Source: a phage. Taken from it: DNA of 64,000 nt. Position 1 is the stretch's first letter, and every line of letters starts with the position of its first letter. A program made the translations under genes and the position numbers. Below are positions 19,827-28,566 of this stretch, piece by piece. The stretch lies in NCBI GenBank assembly GCA_033286805.1, contig GCA_033286805.1_4727.1; one strand, 5' to 3'. The notes beneath the pieces were generated by a model, which did not search any database, was not told where the DNA came from, and saw only the letters and a program-made list of their open reading frames with translations.

Positions 19827-21137
19827 TTAGGCGATAATGGAATCAAGAGTCGCTGCGGTTTTGAACAGATCGCTGTTCATTGTAGAAGAAAGGACTTGCT
19901 GAATTTCTTCCTGTTTAACCGCTTTACGAACCCCAGGACGAAGGATAAGCGTAACCATCTGTGAAAAGGTACGATTATTGTTCATCGCACTCAGCGTTTC
20001 ATCGATTGTTTTGATGGCATCCAGCGTCATGGAACGAACATCGCTTGGGATATCACGATCTTTCAAGCGTATAATTAAATCTTGTTTGATTTTACGGAAT
20101 CGTTCCATGTCGTTATCGTAAATGCTGTATGTCGGATCTAACCAAACAGAAAGCGCGGTTACAGCGACAACAACCAACACGCCGATAGCACCAACAGAAG
20201 CTAAACCTATCGCCATCATAGAAGCTATAGTAGCATCCATGATGAAGGAGAGCCAGAACATCGTTTTGGACTTCACGGAGTCTTTGCTATAAAGCCGATA
20301 CATTTTAGCAAGCCCGCTAACGAGATACTCCCCACCACCATGACGCGTAGCGAACTGATCGGCCATGAATTCGGAAGCAACGTCGGTATATCGTCCAGCG
20401 TTGTTTACATTTCGTAACTGCATTGCTCTGTTAGACACGTAAACCGTGTACCAGACACTACCATCGTCTGAATCACTGATTTTGTCTACGTCGACGTTGG
20501 TATCCAACGTTTTGTTTAACGCTTTCGCCAGTTCGATACGTTTTACCTTATCGGTTGTCCCCAACAGTTCACGCTGTACGGTCATGATTGAGGCTTCGAC
20601 ACGAACCGTTTCCGACAATGTTTCAAGGAAGGTAAATGCGTGCCCGATTTCATGCAGCATTATGGCTGCTTTTTCTTCCGGAAGAAAGGGTTCTGTCGCT
20701 GTTAGCAATTCATACGTGATGGCAGAACGAATCTTCAATTCTTCAAAGATACCGTAAACACGACCTTTTTCTAAATCGACGTAACCGACAGGCGTATCTT
20801 TAATCTTCTTAAGGAGCGTAACGCCATCAGCACCGCGCATCCATAACCGATGATAGTCTGCCAGAATTGTGTTGTTTGTCGAAATATCCGGTGGGTACAC
20901 GTAGGCATTCATTTGGCCCATTTTCACGTCGACCGAGAATTCGATGTTCAACCCCGTATAGCGTTTAACCATCTCGGTTAAACGACCGTCCTTGAAAACG
21001 TTTAAAACCTCTTTTTTATCCAGTCCCTGTTTGCTTCTGAAGAACTCGGTCATTTCCTTGAACAAGGAACCATCTTGAAACTTGATGGCCTCCATCGTTA
21101 ATTCGTCATGACCGTACACGCGTTGTAGTAATGACAT
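19827..21137 (-). CDS. putative zinc metallopeptidase (HExxH) with C-terminal transmembrane segments
   Basis: MLHEIGHAF motif; hydrophobic stretch WLSFIMDATIASMMAIGLASVGAIGVLVVVAVTALSVWL. Confidence 0.5.
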   Translation of the reverse strand: MSLLQRVYGHDELTMEAIKFQDGSLFKEMTEFFRSKQGLDKKEVLNVFKDGRLTEMVKRYTGLNIEFSVDVKMGQMNAYVYPPDISTNNTILADYHRLWMRGADGVTLLKKIKDTPVGYVDLEKGRVYGIFEELKIRSAITYELLTATEPFLPEEKAAIMLHEIGHAFTFLETLSETVRVEASIMTVQRELLGTTDKVKRIELAKALNKTLDTNVDVDKISDSDDGSVWYTVYVSNRAMQLRNVNNAGRYTDVASEFMADQFATRHGGGEYLVSGLAKMYRLYSKDSVKSKTMFWLSFIMDATIASMMAIGLASVGAIGVLVVVAVTALSVWLDPTYSIYDNDMERFRKIKQDLIIRLKDRDIPSDVRSMTLDAIKTIDETLSAMNNNRTFSQMVTLILRPGVRKAVKQEEIQQVLSSTMNSDLFKTAATLDSIIA

Positions 21138-21358
21138 TGTACACTCTCTAAATTTACGTAAATTTAAGGGCTAATGGATCGGCTGGCCGCACCAATCACA
21201 ATGTGTCCGCTGCTATGCAACGGCATTCATAGAAATACCTTTTGACGGTAACATCACCGTTCATAGCCCAAGCAATAAGAGTGGTCGGTTAAAAACAACA
21301 GAACGTGGGGATGATATAGAAAATCACCTTTTAACACTTATTACGAGTTTATCAAGCC

Positions 21359-23110
21359 ATGAGCGAACAAGAACGAAAACCTAAGAAGAAACTGCTCGGT
21401 ATTCAATGTCGACACATCAGCTATAACGAAGCGAACGATGGCAGCAAGAACGACCTCATGATCGCAAAAGAGATCATGTTCTTCGATGATAATACGCAAG
21501 CGACGAATCTTCGCTTCTTCGAGAATTACAAACGTCCGTTTTGGGTGACGGTAGAGAGTAAACGTAAGAACAAATATAAAAAGGAAAGCGAGAAGCTCTC
21601 GCATGTGCGTCGCTATGATGTCCGCCAAAGTGAACTGGTTGAAAAGATCAGTTCGGTGCTTTATAAAAGACGTGCTGATGACAACACCCGTCTACAGCAG
21701 CTTGCACGGAGTCCATACCTCTATGGCACGGACGTTAGCGCCAGCTGTTATTTAAAAACCCAGTACAACACAAAATGGCCGGAATACGTCGATAAATTAC
21801 CCGCTTCCATTGCCTGTTTCGATATCGAAACCGACGTTGTCCACGGGCACGGTAAGATCGTCTGTATGTCTATTACAATGGGATACAATGCGATACTTTG
21901 CTATACCAAGGACTTCGTTGGTCATATTCCGAATGCGATTGAGAAAACCCATGAGAAGATTCGATATTACCTGGCCGAACGTCTGAATACCAAAGAAGAT
22001 CCTCATGCGTTCGAAAAATATCATTACGATGTGCGAATCGTAGAAAGTCCGGCGCAAGCAGTCATCCAGTGCATGCAGAAGGTTCACGAATGGCAGCCGG
22101 ATTATCTCCTTGGCTGGAATATCGCGTTCGATATTCCGCGCATGCTCCAGGCACTGAACGAGGAAGGGTATCGTCCCGAGGATGTTTTCTCCGATCCTCG
22201 TGTACCACCTAAATATCGTATTGCTCGCTGGGTACCACCGAAGACAGACAAGGTATCTGCTTCAGGTCGTAAAACCAACCTTACCCTTGAGCAGACCTGG
22301 CCGATGTTTTATACGATGGCCACATACCAGGTTATGGATGCGATGTGCGGTTATAAGTTCGTTCGTTTAGGAAGACCGGATGAAGGACGCTATTCACTCG
22401 ATGCGGTGTTAGAGCGAAATAAATGCCATACGAAATTAAAAGCGATTCCTGGTACAGAGGGGTTCACGGAGCTTGCGTGGCACGAAGAGATGCAAACGAA
22501 CCATCAAATCGACTACGGCGTATATAACCTTTGGGATAACCAGGGTATCGAGGCGTTGGACCAGAAAACAAAAGACTATTCGATGACCATCCCTATTCGT
22601 TTGGCGGCGTCGGATTTGAAAGATTTCAGTTCTAACCCTAAACGTATCTGTGACAAACTTTTCTTCGTTTATCTTAACCGTGGGGAAGTCATGGGATGCA
22701 CTGCCGACGACATGACCCAGGAAGAAGATAAGTGGGTTATCTCACGAACCGGACATATCGTCACATTACCGTGCGATCTCATGGCGGACAACGGCATTCA
22801 TCTCTTCTGGGATATGCCGAACCTGAGAAGTTATATCCGTCTATTCGTTGCAGACCTCGACATTAGCAGTTCATACCCAAACGGGCAGATCCTGTTGAAT
22901 TTATCCAGAGCATGTGTTTTTCGTGAGCTCTCGCGCATTGAAGGCGTCTCTGACTATCAATTCAGGAAGTTAGGTATCAACTTTATTACCGGAGGTAAAA
23001 CGAACGCTGTAGACTTCTGTAGAATCGTTTATAAAGCACCATCGATGTTCGAACTCTTAGAACATTTCGATGCAACGCGTCCAAAAGGGGAAGCGCGGAC
23101 CATCGAATGA
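21359..23110 (+). CDS. family-B DNA polymerase N-terminal fragment (3'-5' exonuclease domain plus palm motif A)
   Basis: Exo I CFDIETD, Exo II GWNIAFD, Exo III YNLWD, motif A DLDISSSYP; ends ~75 aa after motif A with no motif B or C. No SD before the ATG. Confidence 0.6.
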   Translation: MSEQERKPKKKLLGIQCRHISYNEANDGSKNDLMIAKEIMFFDDNTQATNLRFFENYKRPFWVTVESKRKNKYKKESEKLSHVRRYDVRQSELVEKISSVLYKRRADDNTRLQQLARSPYLYGTDVSASCYLKTQYNTKWPEYVDKLPASIACFDIETDVVHGHGKIVCMSITMGYNAILCYTKDFVGHIPNAIEKTHEKIRYYLAERLNTKEDPHAFEKYHYDVRIVESPAQAVIQCMQKVHEWQPDYLLGWNIAFDIPRMLQALNEEGYRPEDVFSDPRVPPKYRIARWVPPKTDKVSASGRKTNLTLEQTWPMFYTMATYQVMDAMCGYKFVRLGRPDEGRYSLDAVLERNKCHTKLKAIPGTEGFTELAWHEEMQTNHQIDYGVYNLWDNQGIEALDQKTKDYSMTIPIRLAASDLKDFSSNPKRICDKLFFVYLNRGEVMGCTADDMTQEEDKWVISRTGHIVTLPCDLMADNGIHLFWDMPNLRSYIRLFVADLDISSSYPNGQILLNLSRACVFRELSRIEGVSDYQFRKLGINFITGGKTNAVDFCRIVYKAPSMFELLEHFDATRPKGEARTIE

Positions 23111-23158
23111 ATCAAGTATGTTGATCCTCGTTTAACAAAAAAGAAAACGCATGCGAAG

Positions 23159-23190
23159 CCCCTCCCCCTGGCGGAAGCCGGAGGGAGGGG
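23159..23190. terminator. GC-rich compound hairpin with flanking T/A runs (bidirectional)
   Basis: CCCCTCCC...GGGAGGGG stem followed by TTTT on plus and preceded by an A-run; between convergent genes. Confidence 0.65.
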
Positions 23191-23208
23191 TGGAGGTTTT
23201 ATGTGTTT

Positions 23209-23655
23209 TTAATTATTGTTGGTGGGGTTATCGTCCGGTTTATATTCAATGCCGTAGGCGACGTAACGGTCTGTTGTATGGACGACAAGCGAGATAGGGA
23301 AATCATAATGCATAGTTTTGTCTCGAACGAGCTGAGTAAAGAGATCCATATAACGTATTAAGTCTTCACTGGTGTAATCAGAAGGGAAGAAGACATCGAT
23401 GGTTATTGAATCTTCATAGAGGCGTATGACCAACTTATCCAGAAGGTCGGCATATTGGTTAGCCGGGGTGACGTCCAGCTGACAGATGTCACGATCTCCT
23501 TCGTCTCGCGATACCCACATCGTGGTATCCTGTAATGAGGTTTCAAGGATCTCGAAAACACATTTTGCTGTAAGTCTTAGTTTATTTGTTACGTCATGGT
23601 TAGGTGAATAATGGTCACGGATGTTTTTCACTGCGTCTTTGATAGAGAAAGTCAT
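23209..23655 (-). CDS. small paralog-array protein (family member A)
   Basis: Start moved to the ATG with AGGAA SD (MTFSIKDAVKNI); C-terminal DFPISLVVH...YGIEYKPDD shared with the neighbouring paralogs. Confidence 0.6.
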   Translation of the reverse strand: MTFSIKDAVKNIRDHYSPNHDVTNKLRLTAKCVFEILETSLQDTTMWVSRDEGDRDICQLDVTPANQYADLLDKLVIRLYEDSITIDVFFPSDYTSEDLIRYMDLFTQLVRDKTMHYDFPISLVVHTTDRYVAYGIEYKPDDNPTNNN

Positions 23656-23686
23656 TGTTGCTGTTCCTGTTATAGTCAACATATAG

Positions 23687-23717
23687 CCCTTCCCTAGCCG
23701 TCAAGGCCGGGGAAGGG
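23687..23717. terminator. hairpin CCCTTCCC...GGGAAGGG
   Basis: 8-bp stem flanked by ATATAG and TATG; between paralog genes. Confidence 0.55.
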
Positions 23718-23732
23718 TATGTTTACGTGTAA

Positions 23733-24128
23733 TTACTTTTTGGCGTCCGTTGGTGATTCAGTATGTTTCTCGCTGCTGGTGTACCAGAGTAGGTATGTCG
23801 GGAAAAGATTAACCTCTAAGCTAAACGGGATATTATATTTTTCTTCCATTTTGCAGAGATGTTCTTTAAGTAAATCCCTTGCTTCTTTGTTACGGCGAGC
23901 GGAGTGCCAATGTAGTTCTTCGTTCTCCTTTACCAGTACTTCTACAATGATACGCTGCTCGTGAACCTCGGTTTTCACAATAGCAAGTAAATCGTTACTA
24001 TCGAAACGGGTAAAACGAATGTACGAACCAGGCGTTTTTTCTTGTTTAACGATATCGATCATAGTAGAAATGTGTGGGTGATCGATGTTGTCGTTAACTG
24101 CTTTAACGATGGAATCTACAACGCTCAT
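23733..24128 (-). CDS. small paralog-array protein (divergent member)
   Basis: N-terminus MSVVDSIVKAVN resembles the paralog N-termini; AAGGA SD. Confidence 0.55.
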   Translation of the reverse strand: MSVVDSIVKAVNDNIDHPHISTMIDIVKQEKTPGSYIRFTRFDSNDLLAIVKTEVHEQRIIVEVLVKENEELHWHSARRNKEARDLLKEHLCKMEEKYNIPFSLEVNLFPTYLLWYTSSEKHTESPTDAKK

Positions 24129-24168
24129 TTTTTTTTATCCTTAATGTTATCGGTTTAGAAATAATATT

Positions 24169-24933
24169 TTATTTGCTGTTATCTTTATCGACAGTTGTTA
24201 CCCATGATGGGAAAGCCGGATGGAAACAGAGCGTGAACGTAACCTTCGTATCGTATTTAAACGCACGGTCCACTAGCCGAGTATCGAACGTTTCCCTTAG
24301 ACCGTCATCATCGTTATCGATGACAGCCATATCCCTTAATATCCCAAGCACGTTAACGCCATCTGGTGTCTGGGTTACAACAAGTCGTCGTAATGGTCCG
24401 CATGTATAATCACGTACGTATCCTTTCTTCGGGTCCGATACTCTATTTAACGCATCGTGATTTTCGATGAATTCATCGGCAATACGAGTGATGTGTTCCC
24501 TTGCTTTATCTGGATCGTATTCTGCTAATAGTTCCTTCGTGTCGAATGTTATCGCGTTATTAGCATTCGATTCAGAAGGGAAACATAAAACTAAACGAAC
24601 AGGGTATTCGTATTGATCTGTTCTTGTTTCGAAAGCATTAGCTAAACACGGCTTGTATGCCTTTGCGTCGACATTGTCCAAACACGGATGCAATAATGCA
24701 TGAATAACGGCACCATCATCAGTTAAACCGAATTCCATAAATTGTGTTTCATCGGTGTCTGTTACGGTTTTCTGAAGGTACGCTTTACCGTTAACAATAT
24801 CGGTATCCCACATATCGTCGTTTAACGATTCTTCAAACTTATCGAATATATGGTTTACGAGATTGACGAGTTCATCAATACGGCACTGTTGGTTGAATTC
24901 GATTAATCGTTGAACTTTATCTTTGATAGACAT
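24169..24933 (-). CDS. small paralog-array protein, apparently duplicated domain (254 aa)
   Basis: MSIKDKVQRL N-terminus; internal YEYPVRLVLCFP and VTFTLCFHP repeats; AGGAG SD. Confidence 0.6.
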   Translation of the reverse strand: MSIKDKVQRLIEFNQQCRIDELVNLVNHIFDKFEESLNDDMWDTDIVNGKAYLQKTVTDTDETQFMEFGLTDDGAVIHALLHPCLDNVDAKAYKPCLANAFETRTDQYEYPVRLVLCFPSESNANNAITFDTKELLAEYDPDKAREHITRIADEFIENHDALNRVSDPKKGYVRDYTCGPLRRLVVTQTPDGVNVLGILRDMAVIDNDDDGLRETFDTRLVDRAFKYDTKVTFTLCFHPAFPSWVTTVDKDNSK

Positions 24934-24935
24934 GA

Positions 24936-25394
24936 TTACCCATTAGCTCCTTCTTCGTCTGGAGAGTATTCCATCGTGTAGAATTCATAACCGTCGGAAA
25001 ACTTGAGTGTTAATGTAATAGGGAAATCGCACGGCATAGCTGATTTCGTAAATGCGTTATTAGCAACATCAGCCAACCGACGTATAGCATCAGTCCCGCT
25101 GACGCTGAATGGTAGTTGTATGTTGATAAGGATGCGGTGCTTGTAAACATAGAAAACAACGGTGCTGTCAAGATAAACGCTATGGAACGGTATTGTTGGG
25201 ATGCGTTCCACGATGGTAAAATACGTCCCGTCATTATCGCTATGTCCCACCGACCAAATATCGGATTTGCGTAGATTTTGTTTGAGAGATTCGATACTTC
25301 GAGTGACGGTATCAGCAACAGGTGCGACGTAAGCGTCTTTATGCGAGTCGAAAAGTTCGTTGACGTTAGATTCGAATGAATACATTGTTGCCAT
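24936..25394 (-). CDS. small paralog-array protein
   Basis: C-terminal DFPITLTLKFSDGYEFYTMEYSPDEEG; GAGGT SD. Confidence 0.6.
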   Translation of the reverse strand: MATMYSFESNVNELFDSHKDAYVAPVADTVTRSIESLKQNLRKSDIWSVGHSDNDGTYFTIVERIPTIPFHSVYLDSTVVFYVYKHRILINIQLPFSVSGTDAIRRLADVANNAFTKSAMPCDFPITLTLKFSDGYEFYTMEYSPDEEGANG

Positions 25395-25460
25395 TATTCT
25401 ACCTCAATGGTTTAACCGATACGTGCCCCACCTAACAAGGGACACGTTATCGTTGATTAA

Positions 25461-25955
25461 TTACTCTTCTGTGTTTTCATTGTCTGGATCGTAGTGGAAT
25501 TCGAACAGCCCTGAACCGTCGTGCCCGTTGATTGTTAGTATAACGGGCATATCGAATCCTCGGACACGCGAATGAAAACACTGTGCTAATTTTAGTTTGG
25601 CATATGCCGCTATTTCATTGATGGCAATACACGACTCACCTGTTATACTCAGTATAACGTCGATACTAATGATGTTATCATGCAACGCAAAACGCCAGCG
25701 ATCGATACGATTATTATCTTTATCGGTTGTCTCGTTTACGAGATAGACTTTATCATCAACCGACAAAGCGGGACTCCAGCAACGTTCGTTTATTAAATTC
25801 GCCTGGAGTTTTAGTATCGTCTGATCGATAATATCCCAACACGTAACCAGCGTGGTGTCAGGCACTGAGTAGAGAAGGGCGTGCACTTTATCCTTTATTT
25901 TAAGTGCTTCCGCAGGACGTCCGCAAATACCATGCATTTCAACTTTCTTATTCAT
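25461..25955 (-). CDS. small paralog-array protein
   Basis: C-terminal DMPVILTINGHDGSGLFEFHYDPDNE; ORF-track start is GTG 25961, ATG at 25955 preferred. Confidence 0.55.
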   Translation of the reverse strand: MNKKVEMHGICGRPAEALKIKDKVHALLYSVPDTTLVTCWDIIDQTILKLQANLINERCWSPALSVDDKVYLVNETTDKDNNRIDRWRFALHDNIISIDVILSITGESCIAINEIAAYAKLKLAQCFHSRVRGFDMPVILTINGHDGSGLFEFHYDPDNENTEE

Positions 25956-25998
25956 ATTCACTTCTTTCTTAATCTAAATGTTAGTTGGGGTGGGATGC

Positions 25999-26601
25999 TT
26001 ACATGCTTTCTAGCATATTGACGATCATGGAACCCATACCGAAACTCGGTCTTTCACCGATGTACTCAGCAAGCTGGCGATGGACGTCTTTTGGATTTCC
26101 TTCTTCACCATCGGCATCGATGTAAACCGAAAAAGAAACCGAATCGGAATCCACGCTGATAACCAGACGACGTTCATTGCGTTCCTTGAGCGTGTCGACG
26201 ATAGATGCTTTCAGTACCGGGATCGCATTCATCGCGTGCAAGATATCTCCATCGGGTTTCGGCAGATCGATCTTTTCTTTCAGGTCGATATTGATGTTGG
26301 TTACAATTGGGTTGAGGTCGACCTTGACGTAATCGTTAGGGTACATGCGAATAATCGCACGATCAATATCTGAACCGTAAAAGTCAACACGTGGCTTTAA
26401 CACTTCTTTGTTTGGATCCATGTTTTCATCCATACCTGCCTGCAAGAAACGTTCTACGTTATCCAGTTCACGATAAACTGACGCTTCGATTTCTTTCAGA
26501 TAGTTGGCTGCGGTTTCATGTTCTTTGCGCAGCTCGTCTTTAAGGAGCTGTACGGTGGTTTCACTGGAACGGATGCTGTTCGCGAATTGGGTAATTGACA
26601 T
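25999..26601 (-). CDS. hypothetical protein
   Basis: 200-aa ORF, AAGGAA SD. Confidence 0.6.
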   Translation of the reverse strand: MSITQFANSIRSSETTVQLLKDELRKEHETAANYLKEIEASVYRELDNVERFLQAGMDENMDPNKEVLKPRVDFYGSDIDRAIIRMYPNDYVKVDLNPIVTNINIDLKEKIDLPKPDGDILHAMNAIPVLKASIVDTLKERNERRLVISVDSDSVSFSVYIDADGEEGNPKDVHRQLAEYIGERPSFGMGSMIVNMLESM

Positions 26602-26649
26602 ATCGAATTCCTTAAATTATCTTGAGTTCAATTAATGATGAAAAGCTGT

Positions 26650-26675
26650 AAAAAAAAGGTGGGGCGAACCCCACC
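26650..26675 (-). terminator. rho-independent terminator (minus strand)
   Basis: GGTGGGG-CGAA-CCCCACC preceded on plus by A8, so a U-tract follows on the minus transcript; just past the stop at 26701. Confidence 0.75.
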
Positions 26676-26700
26676 AAAACGTCAGACACACGCAGGAAAA

Positions 26701-27126
26701 TTAATTCAGTGATGCATATAACGCGTAACGACTGTAGATCTCAACCGCCGGTCCGTTATGCGTTAACAGACCATCCTGGTTGTAATATTGGAAAAATGAA
26801 TAACGTTTGTCGAAGTGATAAACAAAAGCAATGTCTTTGCTGCCAAGACCTGTGATGCGTGGTCTGTTTTTATCTAGCAGAGCTTTGACTTTTAACAGTG
26901 TTGCCGCACGTGCTTTAACGTTAGGGATCAAGCCATCACAATCGATATAAACTGTGTAACCTGTTTCAGATGTTGCGACGGTTGTATTACGATTGACGCG
27001 GAAGATTTTTGTTTCGTATGTACTATCTTCAAGAATTGGGTTTTGTTTTTCGTATTTTCGTTTACGTAGAAATTCTACAACGGTGATATAGTTAGCGGTG
27101 ATATGTCCGGTTATAGCTTGTAACAT
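26701..27126 (-). CDS. hypothetical protein
   Basis: 141-aa ORF; AAGAGGA SD lies inside a conserved leader element. Confidence 0.6.
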   Translation of the reverse strand: MLQAITGHITANYITVVEFLRKRKYEKQNPILEDSTYETKIFRVNRNTTVATSETGYTVYIDCDGLIPNVKARAATLLKVKALLDKNRPRITGLGSKDIAFVYHFDKRYSFFQYYNQDGLLTHNGPAVEIYSRYALYASLN

Positions 27127-27244
27127 CTTGACATCCTCTTATATCGGATTGATTACAGTTATCTTAAATAGGCGATAAGATATTTTGCTCTTATCACTAA
27201 GGTAATGTAGTCGCGAAATAAACTGCGTTAAAACGAAATAAAAC
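27127..27244 (-). promoter_or_regulatory. conserved leader/promoter-like element, copy 1
   Basis: 30 nt directly upstream of the ATG are 27/30 identical to 53683-53712, with a second conserved block ~90 nt upstream (ctaaggtaatgtagtcgcgaaataa). Confidence 0.5.
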
Positions 27245-27254
27245 AGCATAGAAA

Positions 27255-27297
27255 CCTCCTCCCCCATCCTTCAAGAGGACGGTGGGAAGAGGGAGAG
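27255..27297. terminator. imperfect GC-rich hairpin
   Basis: CCTCCTCCCCCATCC...GGTGGGAAGAGGGAGAG directly after the stop at 27299; left flank CATAGAAA. Confidence 0.5.
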
Positions 27298-27298
27298 A

Positions 27299-27700
27299 TT
27301 AAATGTCGTGGACGGCAATGCCGTTTAACCAGCAATACAGCTTAACGCGACAGGAATACCGCTTCGTTGCGGCAACCATTTCATCGCGTAAACGCTGGTA
27401 GATTTCATCCTGGTGTTCACGATCAATGGGGTAATCAGCCCAACATTCGATCATGACGTCACCATTCGTCAGAATCGTCGTACGCATCCTGTCCTGGATA
27501 CGGCGGTCTTTCCCGGCATTAGGGAAATACATTCCTTCAGTACGAATAAGGTCGCCGCAGGGCATGACTAACCATTCGTTCGTTTTGCCGGTATTCTTAT
27601 AATCCATTACAGCTTGCATTGCGGTGTCAACGCTAAAAGAAACATAATTCCAAACGGATGTCCAACGATAGATTGCGGGTTGTTCGAGTGTTTCGTTCAT
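27299..27700 (-). CDS. hypothetical protein
   Basis: 133-aa ORF flanked by hairpin elements. Confidence 0.55.
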   Translation of the reverse strand: MNETLEQPAIYRWTSVWNYVSFSVDTAMQAVMDYKNTGKTNEWLVMPCGDLIRTEGMYFPNAGKDRRIQDRMRTTILTNGDVMIECWADYPIDREHQDEIYQRLRDEMVAATKRYSCRVKLYCWLNGIAVHDI

Positions 27701-27754
27701 GGAGTGCTTGTCCTATTTTTATTTTCTGCACAGGATAAATTCAACGGCATAAAG

Positions 27755-27786
27755 CCCTTCCCTGCCCTTATATGGGGCGGGAAGAG
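27755..27786. terminator. hairpin CCCTTCCCTGCCC-TTATAT-GGGGCGGGAAG
   Basis: Flanks CATAAAG and TTTATG; in the 214-bp intergenic region. Confidence 0.5.
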
Positions 27787-27914
27787 TTTATGACCGCAAT
27801 GAGAATCTCTCACGACAAGCTCACGACGATTATCGCATCACCCCGCGAGTGAGGGAGATCAGGATCACCTCCTACGTCGTAACGACAGCAATCCCGTTAA
27901 CGCCACCTTAGGCA

Positions 27915-28541
27915 TTATGCAAAGCGACGCATGTAACCTGCCAGATAGTTACGCGTATCGAAGTAGGCAATTTCAGGAATTGCGATATTAAGGTCGATAG
28001 CACGGATTTCAACTTGGCGACGGCTTTCATCATAGATCGCATCCATCAGACGCAGTACTGTCAGGAAAGCCATGCGGGTATGGTAGTCCAGCGGCATGTT
28101 ATCGATACCGCGATACAGATAACGGTTTGCGTTAAATGCCCCTTCGCTGTTATCTTTCCAGATCTTCAGAATATCAGCAAAGGCGGTGCGGAAAACCTCA
28201 GGATTATCCACATCCAGTAACGCACGGAAAGCAGACATTAAAGACCGCTGATGACGGATCAACGACTGCGGCGTTTGCGGCATGGTCGGACCCATTTCTT
28301 CCGCATATTTCTGGAACGGAGCAACCAGGGTTGCGGCACGAGAAGCCACGATAGAAATAACAGGCGATTCTTTCACCACCGGTTTCGCAGGCTTTTCTTC
28401 AACAACGGTTTCCTTCTTCTCAACAGCGACCGTTTCCGGCTGTGCTACAACATCACTAACCGGAGCATCGGCAACGGTGGTTTCTACCGCAGTAATCTCC
28501 TCGTCCATTTTTGCAGAACGTTGGTCTTTATTCTTGCTCAT
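27915..28541 (-). CDS. hypothetical protein with low-complexity N-terminal region
   Basis: 208-aa ORF, AAAGGAAA SD. Confidence 0.6.
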   Translation of the reverse strand: MSKNKDQRSAKMDEEITAVETTVADAPVSDVVAQPETVAVEKKETVVEEKPAKPVVKESPVISIVASRAATLVAPFQKYAEEMGPTMPQTPQSLIRHQRSLMSAFRALLDVDNPEVFRTAFADILKIWKDNSEGAFNANRYLYRGIDNMPLDYHTRMAFLTVLRLMDAIYDESRRQVEIRAIDLNIAIPEIAYFDTRNYLAGYMRRFA

Positions 28542-28566
28542 GTTTATTTCCTTTCATTTAACAAGG

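Noticed and set aside
21138-21358. tRNA gene in the long intergenic regions (also 27701-27914, 38257-38476, 50972-51223)
   Set aside because: No cloverleaf-compatible sequence or T-loop (GTTCRANYC) motif seen by eye; tRNAscan was not run, so this is not excluded.
25010-25318. 102-aa minus-strand ORF nested in the 24936-25394 gene (and similar nested ORFs at 56741-57040, 35039-35458, 18271-18504)
   Set aside because: Alternative frames inside better-supported longer genes, with no independent start context.
27128-27156. Sigma-70-like promoter TTGACA-N17-GATTAC on the plus strand
   Set aside because: Orientation is opposite to the adjacent genes and the -10 is weak; the conserved element is better explained as the minus-strand leader.
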